Assembly (NCBI RefSeq): GCF_006345805.1
Contig: NC_042999.1
Coordinates: 132,680,001-132,744,000 of the forward strand
Source: Octopus sinensis
Lineage: Eukaryota
Reading direction: 5' to 3'
Length of the DNA: 64,000 bases
Positions 11,719 through 25,330 of the stretch are shown here, in pieces; the first letter of the stretch is position 1; each line of letters opens with the position of its first letter. The notes under the pieces are model-generated. The model was not told where the DNA came from. It saw only the letters and a list, made by a program, of their open reading frames with translations, and searched no databases. The position numbers and the translations under genes are program-made.

Positions 11719-12816
11719 ATATTATTACTATATACCACATAATCTAATACTTGATACATTCAGTACCCACCACGATCCTATGTAGCCATTATTATCGTTT
11801 CTAATGAAGGTAGACTGCTAGGCCATCGTGAGGATGGCATCAATAGTTTAAATCGTCCTGTGAACTTGACAGAATGAAAAATTTATGGATTTGAGACGGA
11901 TGAAAGGTACAGTCGCGTTCAGCGGGATTCGAAAGCAGAATATAAAGAACCGGGGAATAAATACCACAAGGTATGTTGTTTGACGCTGTAATGTTTCTGT
12001 CAATCCAGTTACTATTGCCAGCATAAACTGTCAGTCCACGCCACACCCCATTCGATATAAAACAGGCGTCAAATAATCGAGATAAATATTCGATATGCCC
12101 TGTCTTCGGTAGTCAGCTAGATGTCAGGATATACAGACTGGCTGTCTCTGCTGGAGAGATTTCGTTTTGTGTTGTTTTATTAGCCAACAGTTCTCTTTGT
12201 CTCCAATTTACTCTGTTATCGATTGATCTCTGAGTCTTTCTTTACCTGTCACCACCGCATTTCACTGTCGTTAACTAATTCTTAGGTCAGAAAATGATGT
12301 TTGTAAAAACATGGCCAAATGACAATTTTATGTTGAATTGTCGAGGTCATTCAGTGAAACTACAATTTTATCATATTCACTTATTGATTGTAACCTTATT
12401 CCCGTCCTCTATGTAAGAACGTTTCGCTATCAACGACACAAACATTACATATTAAAATATATAGTATTACACGCATGCCTTAAAATACTTAACTTTCTTC
12501 TTTGTTTGGTTTTGTTTTCTTTTTAATGCGAATGTTTGATTTTCTTGAAGTAGATAATCGAAAATCTTTAATTCTATAGGCATTAACAGAGACAAAGCAA
12601 CAGGATATTTAAATAATTCACTCAGTACTTTAATATGTTATAAAAGAGGGACTGCAGTGAGACTATAATGTGGTTTATGAATTTGGATAAGTGCAGTGGG
12701 GAGATGTATAATCAGTTTCGAAACTTGATTATTCGGTTATTTCCAGAATGACTGAATTTACGTTGAGTGACGTTACAACTGTGCATTTTACAACAGACGC
12801 GACTAGCGACGTTGTC

Positions 12817-12898
<82 letters not shown>

Positions 12899-12936
12899 GC
12901 CTGTCTTTTAATTACAGTTTGACTCCGCTCCATATA

Positions 12937-14128
12937 ACTTAAAGTTTCGTGGGTTTGTAGGGCAAGTCCATCTCAGTAGACATCTAAAGACGAGTAACGG
13001 GATTTGAGACAAATTCTAGATGGTTTCTGGATGTTAAGCCTCTGTTGGTCAGCACAGGTCACGTGGTGTTAATACTGCGGAACTGACATCAGTTCTTGTC
13101 TTTATTCTTAGGTCCACGTACTTGGACAAGATGTTGGCAGGTAGTTTGCGCAACTATGGCGGCAAGTTGCGGCATTGAGTGTTCAGCGACATTAGCTCAT
13201 TTCATTTGATAAAGAGGTCTTTACATAGGAGAAGCCAAATTTATGTTAGGTTAAAAATTGATGCAGGATGACCAGCATGGGTGGGGCAGCAAGACCTAGG
13301 GTGGTATATCTGGAGTGCCATCTGCTAGTGGCTTGAAGTTCATTAACAGAGCATTCTTCTGGTGGCAGCATATAGTTCATTCTTCCTGTTGATGGATACT
13401 GCAGGTTGGTGATGTATGTATAGTCTGAGGCGGAGAGAGAGTTGGAGATTGTGAGTTTCAGGTGATTGAGGTGGGCCCTGTCAGTGATACTCCATTTGAT
13501 GCTGGGAAAGTCATATTGATGAGCGTGTAGATTACAAATGAAGCGGGACAGGGAGATGGAATTTTCCCTATCCGTGCAACTGAGGGTATACCATCCCGTA
13601 AAGGCATTGGTTATCATATCCGTGTTGTATCTTCTGGTGGCATCGGATGGTGTAAGATTGTCTCTATAGACTGCAGATTTTAAGACATAGGGCTCTCCTA
13701 GTGGTCATTTCTTAGAATTTCAAAAGTTACAGGTTGGGATGTGGATTGGCGGCTGTGTTGATGTGTGCTTTCCGTCTGTTGTAGTGTACGATGTTTGAAG
13801 CGATGTTATCTAACTAGGAGTTACTGCAACGTTGTTGGATTTAATGAGTTTATAATACTTACGATTTCAAGGGTATTTTTATTTTCAATTAGAGTCGGGA
13901 AGCTAGCTGCAAGTTATGTAACTTGAAACTTTTAAACTGGTCCAATCCTTCATACCTAAGAATAAAGAAAAGAATTGATGTCGCTTCAGCAGCATTGACA
14001 CCACGTGATCTGAGCTGACCAATAAAGACCTAGCATATCGAAGCCACCTTGAATTTGTGTCAAACCCATTACTTTTCTCTATATATCTTATGGAATTGGG
14101 GCTCGTTCTTCAAGCCCGCGAAACTTTA
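12937..14128 (-). mobile_element. Old Penelope-like element relic with inverted terminal repeats
   Basis: About 12937-13082 and 13985-14128 are imperfect inverted repeats; internal minus ORF RENSISLSRFICNL..IKWSITDRA resembles the PLE GIY-YIG tail (NST.LS.YIW.L....IKWSI..RA). Confidence 0.55.
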
Positions 14129-14739
14129 AGCATTATGGGGCTGAGGCAAACGGTTATTTAAAATATACTTAACTTCTACGAAATGTACTGAATGCTATAC
14201 ACACATATATGGGATAGCATATCACATTATTTGAGCTTATATTTGTGTGTATACTGATATATATTTAAATCTTACAAACTTTCATTGTTGGTGTAATAAG
14301 AATGGGAGCACATTCTATGCTACTGATGTTCGAAAGAAGAGAGAAGGAGCCTCTTGACAGACCCTATCACAGATTTCTTACCGCTTGTTGCTGCTATAAA
14401 ACATCATCATGAATTAGGGTGTCCATGGTAAATGACCTAATTTGAATAATTATGCTTTTGACAGTTTGTCATTAAACAATATCTTATGGCTCGACATGAA
14501 ATTCAAATATTACAAAGCCTTTCTATGTAATTAAAAGTAAAATGAAGGTAGTTCTTCTTCTTAAAACTTTGGATCTCTAAAGTTCTCACCCTGCACACGC
14601 TTTTACTTAACTTGCAGCTTTGCTTTTCAAAATGTTAAAGGAGACCTTTAAACGGGCGGATATCCATGGTGTCAAAGGCATGTGTACATATTCTTTTTTA
14701 AGACCAATCTTATAATAAAAGGAACATGCAATGTAACCT

Positions 14740-14781
14740 TGTATGTATAAGGGAGACGGGAGAGTCTCCCTTATACATACA
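14740..14781. repeat. Perfect 18-bp inverted repeat with 6-nt loop
   Basis: TGTATGTATAAGGGAGAC-GGGAGA-GTCTCCCTTATACATACA. Confidence 0.9.
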
Positions 14782-14935
14782 TATAAGAGAGATGACCACT
14801 AAGTGGACATCCATTATGCTAGAAGTCGACCCCCTATAGTCTTACCACTAAGAAAGAAATGTTCTCAAGAAAATTTAGCAAACGGCAGAACGTAAGCGAG
14901 CAAGACAAATGAAAAGATACAAAATATAAAGATTA

Positions 14936-15006
14936 ATCACAAACCAGTTTCGTTGTTACCACTTACGTAATCACTTACGTAGATGTCCGCAACTCGTCAG
15001 TGTGAT
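14936..15006 (-). ncRNA. Type I hammerhead ribozyme (minimal stem III)
   Basis: AUCACA-CUGACGA-GUUG[34 nt incl. UACGUAA/UUACGUA hairpin]CAAC-GAAA-C-UG-GU-U-UGUGAU: 6-bp stem I, 4-bp stem II, intact core, GUU triplet. Confidence 0.75.
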
Positions 15007-15153
15007 CGTCATAGCAAAATATAATTTGAAGACCTATACACGAGACGTCCGCATAAGATTGAACACGTATATAGTTCTACCAATTACATTTGGGGTTATA
15101 TTTCAAAAGCCTTCGTTTTGGCGTGACAAAATACCGGAAATAATTCTGCAGAA

Positions 15154-15187
<34 letters not shown>

Positions 15188-15357
15188 GTATATATATACT
15201 TATATGCGTGTACTGCATGTGTCTGTATGTGTGTGCGCGTGCGTGTATGTGTGCGTGCGAGCATGTGTTTACGTTTGTGTGTGTGTGCGTATATATATGT
15301 ATAGACGCACACACATATTGTGACAGAAAGCAAGAAAGAAATGAATATATAAATGGA

Positions 15358-15472
<115 letters not shown>

Positions 15473-15737
15473 GATAATAGAAGCAGAAAGGACGAGGGGG
15501 TGTGAGAGAAAAGAAAAGGCAGTAAGATCAAGACCTAAATAAAAATAGACAAAACAAAGTTTGGGTGAGTAGATAACTCATTGCCTGTCTGTCTGTCTCT
15601 CTCTCTCACGCACTCACATGATACTGCCAATTGATGTGTGTGCGTGCGCGCGCGTGCGTGTGTCTAAGTGTGGGCTGCTGGGAACTAAACCATTATAAGG
15701 TACGCAAGTGACAGAAGTTAGGATTTTTACTATAGCA

Positions 15738-16040
15738 CTAAAGGTATTCGATGAATGCTACGCTCAGATTGCTTCGGATTACTTCCGCTAGCATTTCTAA
15801 ACCATTTTCGTTGTTAACCAGATTCTCTAAATTCCCTTTAAAGCTGGTCAAAGCTAGATTCCGCTTCAGCAGATCCTTCTGCTTTGTTTTTTCTTCCTTT
15901 TTAACCCTGCACCTTTCAAACAGCCTTCCGTACTCAAGTCTCATCGACAATACAACCAAGAAAACTCATGTCACAGCTGCGGAAACTCCATAAACAGAAA
16001 CACCGAAAAATATCCCCCAGATATATTTTTGATTATAGGT
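15738..16040 (-). pseudogene. Unique coding-like segment with one in-frame TGA (candidate exon or pseudo-exon)
   Basis: TYNQKYIWGIFFGVSVYGVSAAVT*VFLVVLSMRLEYGRLFERC..NLENLVNNENGLEMLAEVIRSNLSVAFIEYL*; possible CAG acceptor at 16041-16043. Confidence 0.25.
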
Positions 16041-16603
16041 CTGTTGGATCATTGATGATAAGAGATTGAGTAATAGTTAAGAATATTTCACAGAATTAAT
16101 TGTAAACATATTGGGTTATTTCTGAAAACTTCGTTCAAAAAATCTGAAAGAGTAGCCTGTGTTGTGCCTGTATAGAAAGGTAGTCGCTCATCTGCTGCAC
16201 ATTGAAAAGTGAAGGAAATTGGAATACCCTGATTACTGAACGCACTCAGTATATACATTTTATATATACACTTTATATACTTTATGCACAATTTTATAGA
16301 TTTAATACACAACACTCTTCCTCTTTCTCTGTTTTTCTCTCTCGTTTTTCTTTCTTTTTCTCCTGCTCTTCATCTTTCCCTTCTACTAATCACATGAAGG
16401 CGTTACAGACGGGCTAAGTAACGAAGAAAAGAGCCTTAGTTAACAAAAACATTGCACATTTCACAATCAGAATTATAAGATATAAATCTCTTGTGATGAC
16501 ATGCCATCCCGTAGCAGTTGTTACATGTCATGTTTTATTATAAGTGATGTTTAATTGGTGGTCGCTACGTGAATGAATACATCATTCTTTTCTTTCTTTT
16601 CTT

Positions 16604-16799
16604 CTTTTACTTGTTTCAGTCATGTGAATTCAGTCATATTGGAACACCACCATTTTTAGTCGAACAAATCGATTTCAGGAGTTATTTTTTTAAAGCCTGG
16701 TACTTATTCTATCGGCCTCTTTTACCGAACTGCGAAATTACGGGGACATAAACACACTAACACCGGTTGTCAAGCGATGATGAGGGACAAACACAGACA

Positions 16800-16838
<39 letters not shown>

Positions 16839-16996
16839 CAGGCTTCTTTCAGTTTCTGTCTACCAAATCTACTCACGAGGCTTTGGTCGGCTCGAGGCTA
16901 TAATAGAAGATATTTGCCCAAGGTGCCACACAGTGGGACTGAACCCAGAAACATGTGGTTGGGAAGCAGCCTCCTACCACACAGCCATGGCTGCGT
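16604..16996 (-). mobile_element. SINE family B
   Basis: Colinear with the reverse complement of 30819-31218, internal (CA)n. Confidence 0.8.
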
Positions 16997-17414
16997 CTTT
17001 TATTTCTCTGTCGATCTCGACGATGGCCTTTTTAGCTGTTTGATCAACCGAATTACTATTTGTGAAATTAACATATAAGTGGGTGAGTGTTCCAAACACA
17101 CATTTAACCTTAATGTAAATCTCAAGGTGAGAATTACAGTTGACGCAAATGTAACAAGGCTGGATATTAAAATGCAGGTACAATCTAGAGGTAGAGTGGG
17201 GGAAGAGGCTGACGGGACGATTGAGGGTGAGAGGAAGAGAGAGAAAGACAGAGGGAGGAGTGAGAAAGAGAAGCAGAGAGAAAGAGAGAGAGGGAAGCAG
17301 AGAGAGAGAGAGGGGGGGTGAGAGTGGGAAGTAAACAGAGATGTGAGAGAGAAAGGGGGAGACAAGAAACAGAAACAGAGAAAGAGAGAGAGAGAGGGTG
17401 AAAGTGGAGAGATA

Positions 17415-17590
17415 AAAGAGGAAGAAGGAAATAAATCGACTCCAATACTGAGCTGGTACTTTATTTATTGACACTGAAAGGATGGAATTTGACTTCAGTT
17501 GGATTTGAACTCAGAGCACAGAGAATCAGAACAAACCTTGTAAAACATTTTAGCTGATACTTCTAAGAATTCTGTGAATTCGCCGTTTTT
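17415..17590 (-). mobile_element. SINE family A, degenerate
   Basis: CTGGTACTTATTTATTGAC..GAAAGGATG..GGATTTGAACTCAGA. Confidence 0.6.
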
Positions 17591-17862
17591 GTCTTCAGTT
17601 CTTAATGCTAATAAAGATCTTCATTAATGGGTAAGTCGGAAATGTAAGTGACAGAGATAGTGGTTATATAACTGTCACTAAATTCTAAAATGTCCTGCCC
17701 CAGAAGACAATGAGGAATCCTCTGCTTAGTAACACTCTGCTAGAAATAGCAACCAAATTCTCCGAAATTACTATCTATTGGCTTAAAATGGAGGAGGACA
17801 GTTTTACAATTTACATACATGCAGATTAATACGCATACAGAGATATATATATGTATATGTAT

Positions 17863-17925
<63 letters not shown>

Positions 17926-18524
17926 GTTAGTATATAAAAATCACAAATCGTGTTAAATACAGCTACCCAGGGTTTTCTGATCAAAATAACTTATTTCGCT
18001 AATTATCAAGCTGAGAACAAGACAATTTGTCAGTTGTCTTTTGAGCAGATGATATTTAAACAAGAAACATTATGGGATAACCAAAGGTGACAACCAACGT
18101 TACAATAATTCGATGTCAAGCAGACGTAAACAAAACGTTAATAGTTTACTAAGTGTCCGGTGGTCTACTTTTAAATTCCAACATGATGTATTTATTGAAG
18201 TGTGGACATATAGAAAAACCCTCGTTCCTGCAATTTATGTATTCGTTGGAGTTCTCAAGTTTTTTAAGAGAGAGAGAGGTTTTCAAGAGAACGTACAGAA
18301 CATTTTTGGACCAGTTAATGTAGGATCTAGATATAATTCCCACTCTATATACTCTATACATTTACGCGTTAGACGAGTATAGAGCGTAATTCTAATTAAT
18401 GAAAGAGAAAAGAACAGGAGTTATATAATCACTTCCGTTACTTTACAACTATTTCTGCTTTATGAAGCTGTACACTCAGACCTATACATACATACATACA
18501 TACATACATACATACATACATACA

Positions 18525-18560
<36 letters not shown>

Positions 18561-19081
18561 TATATATATGTATATAATAAGAATTTAATAAATAAAACAT
18601 ATGCATACATACATACATATAAGTACATACCTACATCTATATGTATATATACATGCATATATGAGTACAGGACACCACAAATAAACGTAGAACACAACGA
18701 GAAACGAAAACATAAAACCAAACAAAGAACGGACTTTTTTTAACAACGAAAAAACAGAGTACAAGACAAACAACACAAGGAACATTCCACTTCTTCACCT
18801 GCCCCTCTTTCGACTCAATGCGTGTTTCGAAGGTAAGGGCAGAACACGACCACGACGAAGCGGTCCTTCCCGCAAAATGAATTAAATAAAATTTTTTGGC
18901 GGAGGAGTAAAAAACGTGACAAGAACAGGACGTAAAAGCAATACAAATGAAGAAAAAAACAGTACAAATAAAGATAAAAACAGTAAAAGACAGGACAAGG
19001 AAACCAACAATAAGGGCTTTTTTTAAGCCTAGACGGTGGAAAAATTCATTAGAACGCATTCTAAAGATCGGCTTGCGAAGA

Positions 19082-19112
<31 letters not shown>

Positions 19113-19149
19113 CTGACAACGGTAAGAAACCTACCTTTTTAAAGTGTTA

Positions 19150-21295
19150 TACGGCATGACATAGTTCGTTCAGATATACCACTCAGATATACCACTTGGA
19201 GGTTACTAATGAATTCTTGAGAGCAAACCCAACACCAGATCTTCTTCAATAGCGCCAGTGAGAACAGCAAACGAACATTTGCTTTTGACTGAAACTGCTT
19301 CTATTCATAAGCGCAGGGTAGAACATTTTATGCTCTTTTGAACAGACCATCATCCAGTGACGTGAAGATGATAGAAAAAAAATCAAACACCTTCCAGTTA
19401 TAGAGGAGATGGCATTTGCACCAACTCTAAATGACATTTATTTAGCTGTGAATAAGCTGAGTAACAATAAGTTCCCAGGGTCTGATGGAATCTGTGAAAT
19501 ATGGGAGTGACAAAATGTTTGAACTCTTGCAGAGAAAGTGCCTCAAGACTGGATTGATGCCATTTTAGTCTTCTTGCATAAATTGGAGCCAAAAAATCTG
19601 TGGTAATTATCGCGGAATTTCACTTTTGTCGGTTGTTGGAAAGGTACGTATTCTGTGAAAACTTTTAAATTCCTTCGTAGTTACAAATGTAGTATCTGAG
19701 TCTCAATGTAGTTTTCGCTCCTCCAGCGACACGGTTTATTGTATCTTTACTATCAGACAATTTCAAGAAAAGTGCAAAAGTGCATTGAACAGAATTTTGT
19801 CTTATACTACTGCTTTCTTGATTTAATCAAGGCATTCGATACTGTTAATCGAAATGCACTGTGGCTAATTCTAAGGAAAATAGGCTGTACAGAAAAATTT
19901 GTAGAGATTATCAGAGCTTTACATCAAGAGTTAATTTTGGTGGTAGGCTTTTGCCGTGGAAAAATGGAGTAAAGCAAGAAGACCCTCTTTGCAATATACT
20001 TTGCTGTTGTACTGTCACACGCTTTTCAAAACTTCGAGGAGGGTATTTACATGAAATATCAAACAATATGGAATGTTCTTAATCTGACCAGACTGAAATT
20101 CAAAACGAAGGCTTTTACTTTACTCAATAGGGAACTCTTATACGCTGACGATTGCTATCTAGTCAGTCACTCTGAAACAGGTTTGTAATCTCTTGTATCT
20201 GCATTTGACTCAACTTGTGATAATTTTGGCTTTACCATCAACTTGAAAACAACACCTGTGGTGTATTAACCTGCACGTGGTGCTGTTTGCAACACCCCTA
20301 GAAATTTTCGTTAAGGGTAAGTTACTCAAGGTTATTGACTGTTTTATCTACGTAGGAAGATCTGTACAAAATGATAGAAATATATCTGCGAATTCAAAGG
20401 GCAGCCGAAGCATTTGGTGGTTTGGAGTCGCGCGTTTGGCGCTAACGACATAAATAACAACACAAAAATGGCTCTTTGCAAATCGTTTGTCCTACCATCC
20501 TTGTTGTATTCCTCTGAAACATGGACCTATTATGAAGACATCTCAATTTGTTAGAACGACTGTATTAAAACTGCATTTTCAACATTAAATGTCCTATTTT
20601 TCACTCTTCGCATCTGCAGGCATCAGCTCACTTAAACCAATGATCTTGAAAAATCAATGGAGATGGTCTGACCACATTGTTCGAATGGCGGATGAACGCA
20701 CACCCAAACAGTTGTTTTATGGCGAACTTGCAGAAGGGAAACGTGATCAGTGTAAACCTAAAATGAGGTTTAAGCACTGTATAAAGACTAACATGAAGTC
20801 ACATGGAATGGATCCAAAGGTCATAGAGGCCCTTGCTTCAGATCGAGCTGGATGGCGAACAAAAGTGTGGAGTGGAATGAAAGCTTTTGAAGAAACCAGG
20901 ATGATTCATGCGAATCTCAAAAGAAATTTAAAGAAAAAGTGCTACGATCAACGAGCAAATGAATACCAACCACCTTTTGTGTGCACAGTTTGAGACAGAC
21001 CATGATTTTCTTTCGTTGGGCTCAAATTTCATTTGTGGACCCATGAAAAACTACTCTGCCTATCTATCTGTACATACCTGTCAATGTCGTGTATGCCATA
21101 AGGTCTGCAAATCTAACGGAGGCCTCAAAAGACATTTTAAGATCCACAAAGATTAGAACTTAACTGCAGCTCATGGTGGTTCAAAGTAGATATGCAATTT
21201 ATGTAGGCGCCTTTTCAAAACATTTTTGGTTTAAAAAGCCACACCAGACGCCATGATAGATCCAAGGTGGTTATAAGGAGTAGACAACCACCGTA
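19150..21295 (+). mobile_element. Decayed RTE-clade LINE (RT domain through C-terminus with C2H2 fingers)
   Basis: NNKFPGSDGI, CGNYRGISLL, FLDLIKAFDTVNR..LW..L.K.GC, YADD at 20141-20152, WRWSDHIVRMADERTPKQLFYGEL; many stops and frameshifts. Confidence 0.9.
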
Positions 21296-21307
21296 TATAT
21301 ATGTGTG

Positions 21308-21341
<34 letters not shown>

Positions 21342-21380
21342 TGTATGTATGTATGTATGTATGTATGTATGTATGTATGT

Positions 21381-23716
21381 ATTATTATTATTGTTATTAT
21401 TTTATGTTCGACGTTTGCTTTGCATTTGTACAAGTTTGCTCGAAGTCTCACCCAGAGACCTCAAGAGACAAGTTAGAAGTTCATGATGGTGTTATGCCTA
21501 GGGTACCATATATTAGGTTTTCTACATAGTATTGTTCTAGAAAATGTTTATGAAACCATAAGAAAATTATGTTTCTTTTAAAATTTGAGATTATATAGTC
21601 AGTATGTTACATAGGATATGGGCAGCTCCCATGAGCACCATCTTTTGAATTTCTGCCATTTTAGAGTTTACTGGTATCTGAGCTAGGTAGAAATCAACCC
21701 CTTTTACTATCATTCCTAGGGCACCTATGACAACAGGTATTGTTTTAGTCTTCAGGTTCCACGTTTTGCTAATTTCTATTGCAAGATCTTTATACTTGCT
21801 CAGTTTTTGGTATGTCTTGACAGATACGTTTATATCGATTGGGACAGTCATATCAATGAGAATGCATGATTTTTGCCTGAAGTCTTTCAATATAATGTCT
21901 GGCATGTTTGCATCTATCTTTCTGTCAGTTTGAACGGTGAAGTTCCAGAGGAGTGAGATGTGAGCATTTTCAAGCACTGGAGGTGGTTTGTGTTCCACCA
22001 ATTTTTATCATGGGGAAGGTCCAGGTTTTTGCTAATTACTCAGTAAGTATATTGTGCAGCTCTCTCATGCCTGTTGAGATACTCTGTAGGCGGAAGAAGA
22101 CTGCACATGGAGACAACATGATCAATGGTTTCATTTTATTGACATACACGACATGTTGGGCTACTGCCGTTCTTTAATATGTTGGCCTGGTAGTTACTTG
22201 TAGGTAAGCATTGATCTTGGGCTGCTATGATAAACCATTCTGTTTTTGATTTTAAGCCAGAAGCCATTACCCATCGATGGGTAAGGGCTTTGTCAACATC
22301 GGCGTTATTAACTCTCTTTGGGCATTTGCCATTAAGAGGTTTTTCTTGCCATTTATCAGCAAGAATATCTAAGGCAGCAGTTTTAGTACGGGTTTTCATA
22401 CACTTAGCTTTTTCTCTTCTTGTTTCTAGTACGTCAAATTCTGGAATTTGTATTTGGAATTCACTTACATATTCCTTTGCCTGTTTTGCTACTGAGTATT
22501 ATGCTTTCTTGTTTTCATATTTTGAGACAAGTTTAAACATCCAATCCTCAGTTTTTCAGGTAGGTGTCTAGGCCAATTGTAGCAATCTTCATTGTTAATG
22601 CCACTTGTAAATGTTCACGGCCTTCCTCTTTTCTTGGCAGATAAAGTTGTTCTATATCTGCCTTAGTGTGGGTCATTCTATGCATTGTCAACAGTTTTCG
22701 TATTTTTCTGGCAAGATTACTTTTTCAGTAATTGACCAGTTAATGATATTGAAACTGTAAGCCACGACTGGTAAGGCTAAAGTATTGATCGCTTCGATCC
22801 TGTTTCATGCATTCAGCTTTGTCTTTAGTAACGATCTCACCCTGCAATAACATTCTCTTTTGATCCTTTCTCTCATTACTGAATGTTTGATTCCGTCCCC
22901 TAGGTATTTGTAGCCCTCCGCTTGTTCTAACTTTTTTATGACATTCTGCTGGTCAAGGTTAACTTTAGATGTTTCTGTCATTTTTCTTTTGATAAAGGTA
23001 GCTTTTTCACATTTACCGAGGCCAAATTGCATCCTGATGCCATCACTGAATTGTTTAACAATCGCTAGTAAGACCTTGAGTTGTTGGTCGTTTTTTGCAA
23101 AGAGCTTTAAATCATCCATGTAAATGAGTTGTTTTATAATTCTATCAAACATTTTATAACCGTACTGTATATCACTGAGCAATTTCGAGAGAAGTATTAA
23201 GACTAGACAAAAGAGAAGTGGTGATAGTGAGTCACCCTGGAAAATGCCACACGAAATTGTTACATCTCCAGCATTGTCACTGTTCAAAGTCAGTGTGGCT
23301 CTCCTTGATCTCATACTCACAGACAAAACATTTTGCAGAGTAGGAGCTATTTTATACATTTCGAGACATTTCTTAATCCAGCTATGTGGTTGGCTTTCAA
23401 AAACTTTTTTATAGTCTATCCAGGCTTGTGACAAGTTTTTTGTGTCGTTAGCGACAATCTTCCAAGATCATCTTATTGATAAGTAGCTGATCTTTACAAC
23501 CATAGGATTCACGTTTACATCCTTTTTGCTCATGAGGGAATGTGCCAATTTCTATCAAAGAACTATAGTATATTCAGTCAGGACAGATTTTAGCGTTTTA
23601 TACATTGTTGTTAAGCAGGTTATGGGTCGATAATTTTTTGGTTAATTTGTTTCTTCATTTTTTGGAAGTAGGAGTGTTAAACCATTAACTAGCCAAGTGG
23701 GAATCATACTAGGATG
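21381..23716 (-). mobile_element. Decayed 5'-truncated R4/Dong-like LINE, second subfamily
   Basis: YRPITCL, WIDYKK.F, GIFQGDSLSPLLF, YMDDLK, IAAQDQ, CRVC, LWNFTVQTD..PD..IDM, PVVIGALG; (TAA)n on both sides in element orientation. Confidence 0.92.
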
Positions 23717-23717
23717 C

Positions 23718-23732
23718 TTATTATTATTATTA

Positions 23733-23776
<44 letters not shown>

Positions 23777-23900
23777 TATTATTATTATCAATATTAATAA
23801 TAATAATAATAATAGTAAAAATAACAACAACAACAACAACAACAACAATAATAATAATAATAATTATAACAATAATAATAATGATAATAATAATGGTAAT
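23718..23900. repeat. Compound (TTA)/(TAA)/(CAA) microsatellite
   Basis: Direct reading. Confidence 0.9.
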
Positions 23901-23995
23901 AATGGTACTAATACTTTAGTCAAATATATATATATATATATATAAATTTATATATGAGGAGAATATCGATATTTAAGTATCCATATTTTACCTTT

Positions 23996-24042
<47 letters not shown>

Positions 24043-25079
24043 TTTTTTCTTACTTAACGCGGATGTGTTGTAAGAATGCTGTAAAACTTCGGTATTCGTC
24101 TAGAGAGACCCTTTCATATAGACGTTTAGTGTTTAAAAGCATAGAAACATCAATGGGTACGTACTGCTGATGAAGTGGAAGCACAATGAGATCACGTGAC
24201 GACCAATTCCTCTGTTATTGCTGGACAGTTTTTGTCTGTCACTGATATTTCTGCTTTTAAGTAGTAAACGTTTTTACGACAAACTCACTCAAGACAAATA
24301 AAGCAGTATCACGGCTTTCTTATAATACATCCACGTTAAGTAGGACACTCACACACACACATACACACACACACACCTACGCACACGCACACATAAGTAT
24401 ATTTGTATATGCATGCAAAAAGTTAGACTGCCACTCATTATAGAATTATTGAGAGCTGGATCAGGTCTGACTAGTGACTTGGGGCTCAAAAACAACAACA
24501 ACACCAACAATAACACCAACAACAACGACGACGACGACGACAAAATCGCTTTTCTTTAGCATTCACAGGAATCCTTCGTACTTTCTTGTAATCTCGGCAG
24601 ACATTTCTTCAACCTTGCAGATTCCAAAGCATTCAGTGAATCTCGTACCGAAACCATATGAAAAATAATTAAGGAAGCGAACAAAAATATGACAAAAAGT
24701 AAAACAAACAAGGAAGGAATCAATAAATAAATAAGGATAAAACCAAGGGAGGTTTGCGATGTCAAACTTAAGAAATATGGCGTTTCAAGAGAATTACCGC
24801 TATTTACACTCTTTCGTTGGTTTAACAGAACAGAACGAATTAGAGAATATAATACAAAGCATCATAGAGCTGTTACTGCTGTCAATGCTTGTGCTACTGC
24901 TGGTGTCGCTGCTACTGGTGTTGCTGCTGCTGTTGCTGCTTCGCCTACTGCTGCTGTTTTAGGCGTTAACTTGAGCAGGTATTATTTTCACGCATCATCC
25001 TAATTGATATTGACTTTTAACCGAGCTACGATCGTTGATTCGTCTGCTGAAGATTAATTTGACGGCAAGTCGTGTGATA

Positions 25080-25330
<251 letters not shown>

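Noticed and set aside
24161-24205. CTGATGA-A-GTG..CAC motif
   Set aside because: GAAA is replaced by GTGA and there is no stem I or III; possibly a decayed ribozyme, not supportable
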